Assembly: GCA_963718615.1 (NCBI GenBank)
Contig: OY970368.1
Span: 1,056,001-1,120,000, forward strand
Reading direction: 5' to 3'
Source: an uncultured cyanobacterium
GTDB taxonomy: Bacteria > Cyanobacteriota > Cyanobacteriia > PCC-9006 > JAAUQQ01
DNA: 64,000 bases
Shown: one piece after another, positions 59,808-64,000 of the stretch
How positions within the stretch are numbered: position 1 is the first letter of the stretch
Layout of the letters: each line of letters begins with the position of its first letter
Notes under the pieces: model-generated
Told to the model about the DNA's origin: nothing
The model's input: the letters and a program-made list of their open reading frames with translations, nothing else
Databases searched by the model: none
Translations under genes and position numbers: made by a program

Positions 59808-61535
59808 ATGCTTCGCCTCGAACACATCAAAATGATCTATCCGACCGGTGAAGTCCTCAAGGACGTGAATTGGGAGGTGAAAGTGGGCGATCGCATCGGT
59901 CTGGTGGGCGTCAACGGCGCGGGCAAATCCACCCAGCTCAAGATCATTGCCGGGGAAGTCGAACCCACCGCAGGCAATATTGTCAAGCCCAGCGGCTTCA
60001 AGATCTCCTACCTCAGCCAAGAATTTGACGTGGATACCAGCCGCACCGTTCGCGAAGAGCTGTTCCGCGCCTTCAAAGAAGCCAACGACGTCCACGAGAA
60101 CCTGCTAGAGATTCATCACAAAATGGAGCAGGCGGATCCCGAGGCGTTGGATAAGCTGCTCAAACAAATGGACCGCTACCAGCGCCAATTTGAGGCGATG
60201 AATGGCTACGAGCTGGAGTCCCTGGTGGAAAAGCTCTTGCCGGAACTGGGGTTTGAGGATGAAGATGGCGATCGCCTGGTCAAAGCCTTTAGCGGCGGCT
60301 GGCAAATGCGCATGGGCCTCGGCAAAATCATGCTCCAGGAACCGGATTTGCTGCTGTTGGACGAACCGACCAACCATCTGGACCTGGAAACCATCGAATG
60401 GCTGGAGGGCTATCTCAAGGGCCTGACGACGCCCATGGTGATTGTCTCCCATGACCGGGAGTTTCTCGATCGCCTCTGCACTCAAATTGTTGAAACCGAG
60501 CGGGGCGTTTCCGCCACCTATTTGGGTAACTATTCCCAATACCTCGAACAAAAAGCCTTCAATCGTCAGTCTCAGCTCTCCGCCTTCGAGCGGCAGCAAA
60601 AGGAGTTGGAAAAACAGCAGGCTTTTGTTGAGAAATTCCGTGCGAGCGCCACCCGCAGCACCCAGGCCAAGAGCCGGGAGAAGCAGCTCGACAAAATTGA
60701 GCGGATTGAAGCACCGGATTCCAATGTGCGAACGCTGAAGTTTCGCTTCCCGCCCGCGCCGCGCAGCGGTCGGGAGGTGGTAATTATCAATGACCTAACC
60801 CATACCTATGGGGATAAGGTGCTGTTTTTGGGTGCGGAAGCGTTGATTGAACGGGGCGATCGCATCGCCATTCTCGGCCCCAACGGCGCGGGTAAATCAA
60901 CCCTATTGCGCTTTATTGCGGGCATCGAAAAGCCAGAAGATGGCCAGGTTGCACTCGGTCAGCACAATGTCATTCCCGGCTACTTTGAACAAAACCAAGC
61001 GGAAGCGCTGGATCTGGAAAAGACGGTGATTGATACGATCCACGACGAAGTCCCCGACTGGGAAAACCGGGAAGTTCGAACGCTTTTGGGCCAGTTTTTG
61101 TTTAGTGGTGATACGGTATTTAAGAAGGTCAAGGCCCTGAGCGGGGGCGAAAAAGCACGACTTGCCCTGGCACGGATGCTTCTGCAACCTGTCAACCTGC
61201 TGATGCTGGACGAGCCGACCAATCACCTGGATATTCCGGCGAAGGAAATGCTGGAAAATGCGCTGAAAAACTACGACGGCACCGCCATCATCATCTCCCA
61301 CGATCGCTACTTTATCTCCCAGGTTGCCACCCAAATTCTCGAAGTCCGTGATGGAGAATTACGGCTCTATCGAGGCGATTATCGTTACTATCTTGATAAG
61401 ATCGAAGAGGAAAAAGAGAAAGCACGGCTGATGAAAATCGAAGCCGAAAAAGCAGCGAAGGCCGAAGCCAATCGTGAAAAGCGGATTACCAAGGAAAAGG
61501 AGCGCAAAACCGGCAAAAAGACCGCAAAGTCATAA
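59808..61535 (+). CDS. ABC-F family ATPase
   Basis: Two ABC cassettes (GVNGAGKST, GPNGAGKST; FSGGWQMR, LSGGEKAR; DEPTNHLD x2), no TM segments. Confidence 0.93.
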   Translation: MLRLEHIKMIYPTGEVLKDVNWEVKVGDRIGLVGVNGAGKSTQLKIIAGEVEPTAGNIVKPSGFKISYLSQEFDVDTSRTVREELFRAFKEANDVHENLLEIHHKMEQADPEALDKLLKQMDRYQRQFEAMNGYELESLVEKLLPELGFEDEDGDRLVKAFSGGWQMRMGLGKIMLQEPDLLLLDEPTNHLDLETIEWLEGYLKGLTTPMVIVSHDREFLDRLCTQIVETERGVSATYLGNYSQYLEQKAFNRQSQLSAFERQQKELEKQQAFVEKFRASATRSTQAKSREKQLDKIERIEAPDSNVRTLKFRFPPAPRSGREVVIINDLTHTYGDKVLFLGAEALIERGDRIAILGPNGAGKSTLLRFIAGIEKPEDGQVALGQHNVIPGYFEQNQAEALDLEKTVIDTIHDEVPDWENREVRTLLGQFLFSGDTVFKKVKALSGGEKARLALARMLLQPVNLLMLDEPTNHLDIPAKEMLENALKNYDGTAIIISHDRYFISQVATQILEVRDGELRLYRGDYRYYLDKIEEEKEKARLMKIEAEKAAKAEANREKRITKEKERKTGKKTAKS

Positions 61536-61607
61536 CAGCGAAGTCATAACAGCAAAGTCATCACTGACCCCCATGGCTGACACAAGGGTTTCAACCCACC
61601 CTTCAGA

Positions 61608-63041
61608 CTAAGGCGATTCCGATAATCTCGTGAATCCGTATTCCTGTTTAGCATTGCGCTGGACCTTGAGCAAAATCGCTTCTCCGGTGCGATCGCCCGT
61701 GGGCAAAAATCGCACATCCTCCCCCGCCCCTCGGGCTACAAAATCCGGACGGCGCAGTTGCTGTTGCAGCGTGCTACGAGTTAGGGGTTGTTCCGGGGGG
61801 ATTTGGCGGAGGGCTGTGGCGATCGCCTGAGTCGCGTCAAAGGACGTCGCAGTCCGCCAAGTCAACGAGGTATCGCCCCACCGTTGCGCAGCCCGCGCCA
61901 AAAAGGAAGTTGTGGAATCCGGATTGGCGTACCAAGGGGCGGTGACGACCAAGTCTTTTATGCTGTCATTTCCCTGCTTTAGAATCGTACTGTTATACAT
62001 CGTGGGGGAACCCAAGAGTGCCAGTTGTCCCTGGGCCGCTTGGGCCAGGCGAATAGCCCGATCCGGATAGTCCACATGGGGCGCAATTAACATTGCATCC
62101 GCCCCCTTGGTTAAGGCAACGTTAACCTTGTCTTCCCCAGGCAATTGAGGTTCAGACAGATCACAGCTAATCGGCAGAATTTGTGCTTGCAGTGCCGTTG
62201 CAGCTTGGACGAATTCTGCTTGAAATGCGACATTGTCCGGTGCTTTGGAGTCAACACAAATCAAAAAAATCTTTTGATTGGCTGACTGAACCGAATAGTA
62301 GGCTAGGCTTTCTGCCAGCGTTTTTATATTAGGAATAGTGCGAAAAATATAGCTACCAAATCCCGAAAGTTTCCCTGAAAATCCCGTGGGTGCAATCATC
62401 ACAACGCCAGCATCCTGATACACTGCTGCTGCCGCGAGGGAAGGACCACTGGCATTCGACCCAATCACAGCTAGAATTTGGGGATCTTGGGCAATGGTCT
62501 GGGCGATGGTTGCAGCGGTATTGGCATCATTGTTGTCATTGGCGATGACAATTTCCAGGGGAATACCATTAATCCCTAAATCTCTACTCTGGTCTTGGGC
62601 CTGGGCAACGCCACGCAACATTTCAGCGGCGATCGCCGGATTATTCCCAATGGGTACACTGACCGCAATGCGTAGGGGATGTGCATCGCCTTTGAGACGC
62701 GATCGCGCATTATTCAAGTAAATATAAGCCTCCGGATCATCCGGTTCTTGCAGCAACGAGGTCTGAAACTTCTCGATTGCGGTCAAATAATCTCCTTGTC
62801 TAAAGGCTTGCACTGCCACCTTTTTCGCCGCAGTAGGAGATTGAAATAAGAGGTCTTCACCGAGGCTGATCTGGGGATTTTGGGCCTGAGCTCCAGGCAG
62901 TTCCGAGAAGAATTTCTGCGGTGAGAAGAGCCATTGCAACATCCCCAGAACCAGCAATACTAAAAGGAGCGATCGCCCCCAACGTTTGTGATAGTCTTGG
63001 GGTGGGCGTGACAGGATCGGTGCGTGAGTCTGAATGGACAT
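61608..63041 (-). CDS. Branched-chain-amino-acid-type (type I) substrate-binding protein with TM anchor and TPR-like N-terminus
   Basis: PDDPEAYIYLNNA, EMLRGVAQAQ, ILAVIG, YIFRTIP, WRTATSFDA. Confidence 0.8.
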   Translation of the reverse strand: MSIQTHAPILSRPPQDYHKRWGRSLLLVLLVLGMLQWLFSPQKFFSELPGAQAQNPQISLGEDLLFQSPTAAKKVAVQAFRQGDYLTAIEKFQTSLLQEPDDPEAYIYLNNARSRLKGDAHPLRIAVSVPIGNNPAIAAEMLRGVAQAQDQSRDLGINGIPLEIVIANDNNDANTAATIAQTIAQDPQILAVIGSNASGPSLAAAAVYQDAGVVMIAPTGFSGKLSGFGSYIFRTIPNIKTLAESLAYYSVQSANQKIFLICVDSKAPDNVAFQAEFVQAATALQAQILPISCDLSEPQLPGEDKVNVALTKGADAMLIAPHVDYPDRAIRLAQAAQGQLALLGSPTMYNSTILKQGNDSIKDLVVTAPWYANPDSTTSFLARAAQRWGDTSLTWRTATSFDATQAIATALRQIPPEQPLTRSTLQQQLRRPDFVARGAGEDVRFLPTGDRTGEAILLKVQRNAKQEYGFTRLSESP

Positions 63042-63064
63042 CTTTGGAGTTTCCTTACTGGAGT

Positions 63065-64000
63065 CTATTGCTGATATTCTCGTAGACGTAGTTGTATCCC
63101 CACAGCCGTCAAACCCATGATGATGATCCCCCCAACAGGCAGTTGCCAGCGTAAGGCTTCCAGGGTTTTGGAGGCGGAACCGATGGATTGGTCAAAGGCC
63201 GCTAGCTGGACCTCTAACAGCTTTTGATGGGCGTCGCGAAACAGCTCGAAGGAACCGTTGAGTTGATCGATCTGGTAGCCCGTGGCGAGGGCGATCGCCT
63301 CTTGTTTTCGTCCCTGCTGATTAAACCTATGAATCGTCTCGTAATGCTGTGAGTAGGTTTTTAAAGCCTTTACGGTTGTCTCAACCATGGCCTGTTCTTC
63401 TTCCGTTTTCAGGCTTTGAGCCACTGAGCCCAATAAATCTGAAAAGATAGGCTCGAAGGAATAGCTAGCGTTACTCACTGCGTCGATGGTCGATAGGGAT
63501 ACAATTTGATTGAGCTTTAGTCGGAACGAAGTATCGTATTGCAGTGTTTTAACCGGATCGAGCAGGGCTCGGCTGACGTCTGCATGGGCACTGTAGGCCA
63601 GGGTGCGGATTGTGCGTAGATCGACCAGGGCGGCAAAGGTGTCGGATTGGGCTTGGGCGATTTGGGTGGCGGCGGTGTCGAGCGATCGCAACGTATGTAC
63701 CCACAGCCCCAAAGCCCCCAGCATGGCGCTGAACAGAAGCGGATGGAGGACCCGGCGGGTGCGCTGGCTCAAAAACCATTGCACCGAAACCAAATAGCCT
63801 AACAAGCCTACACCACTGAGAATGAGGCCGACCCTTGTGGTATGAATTCGAGCTTGCTGAAGTCGTTCAGCTCGGGCAAGCTGCTCGGCTTTCACCTGTC
63901 CCAGGGCACGGGCGGCGGGTAAAAGCTGTTGGTCCAACTGCTGGAGTGAGGCCGCATAGGCTTTAGCGGTTTCAGCCGCGTTATCTTGCCCATGCCAGAC
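63065..64000 (-). CDS. Multi-TM protein with helical-bundle extracytoplasmic domains, 5' end outside window
   Basis: Open frame to the window edge; three TM segments; AYSAHADVSRALL; ends LRLREYQQ. Confidence 0.65.
   Translation of the reverse strand, partial: VWHGQDNAAETAKAYAASLQQLDQQLLPAARALGQVKAEQLARAERLQQARIHTTRVGLILSGVGLLGYLVSVQWFLSQRTRRVLHPLLFSAMLGALGLWVHTLRSLDTAATQIAQAQSDTFAALVDLRTIRTLAYSAHADVSRALLDPVKTLQYDTSFRLKLNQIVSLSTIDAVSNASYSFEPIFSDLLGSVAQSLKTEEEQAMVETTVKALKTYSQHYETIHRFNQQGRKQEAIALATGYQIDQLNGSFELFRDAHQKLLEVQLAAFDQSIGSASKTLEALRWQLPVGGIIIMGLTAVGIQLRLREYQQ

Overview
Cyanobacterial chromosomal window: the HIP1 octamer GCGATCGC is dense in host-like stretches. Layout: (1) 1-8786 is an AT-rich, HIP1-poor sulfur-starvation cluster (DUF442-like ORF, two sulfate-binding proteins, atypical cysK, cysA/cysT/cysW, cysR, NIL protein) abutting the 3' end of tRNA-Lys(CTT). 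(2) 9-21 kb holds host-like genes, including a PGM1-like ATP-grasp ligase, a divergent TpsA-CHAT/TpsB pair, alkA, a frameshifted BT1 transporter and an Rpn nuclease with an internal start. (3) 21-37.3 kb is the most unusual part. A 'split' NLR-like operon (HTH-NB-ARC ATPase with no sensor domain, followed by two paralogous TPR genes with conserved ends and divergent AT-rich cores) is transcribed divergently from an AT-rich cassette where all six genes encode predicted exported proteins and no HIP1 was seen. The cassette carries an inverted MITE pair and a nest of five IS elements, and ends exactly at a HIP1 site fused to a truncated pilB. (4) 37.9-64 kb is mostly ordinary housekeeping genes (thiG, speA, ABC proteins, GST) plus an intact IS1380. 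All calls come from reading the sequence and recognising motifs by eye; no searches were run, and counts and identities are approximate.
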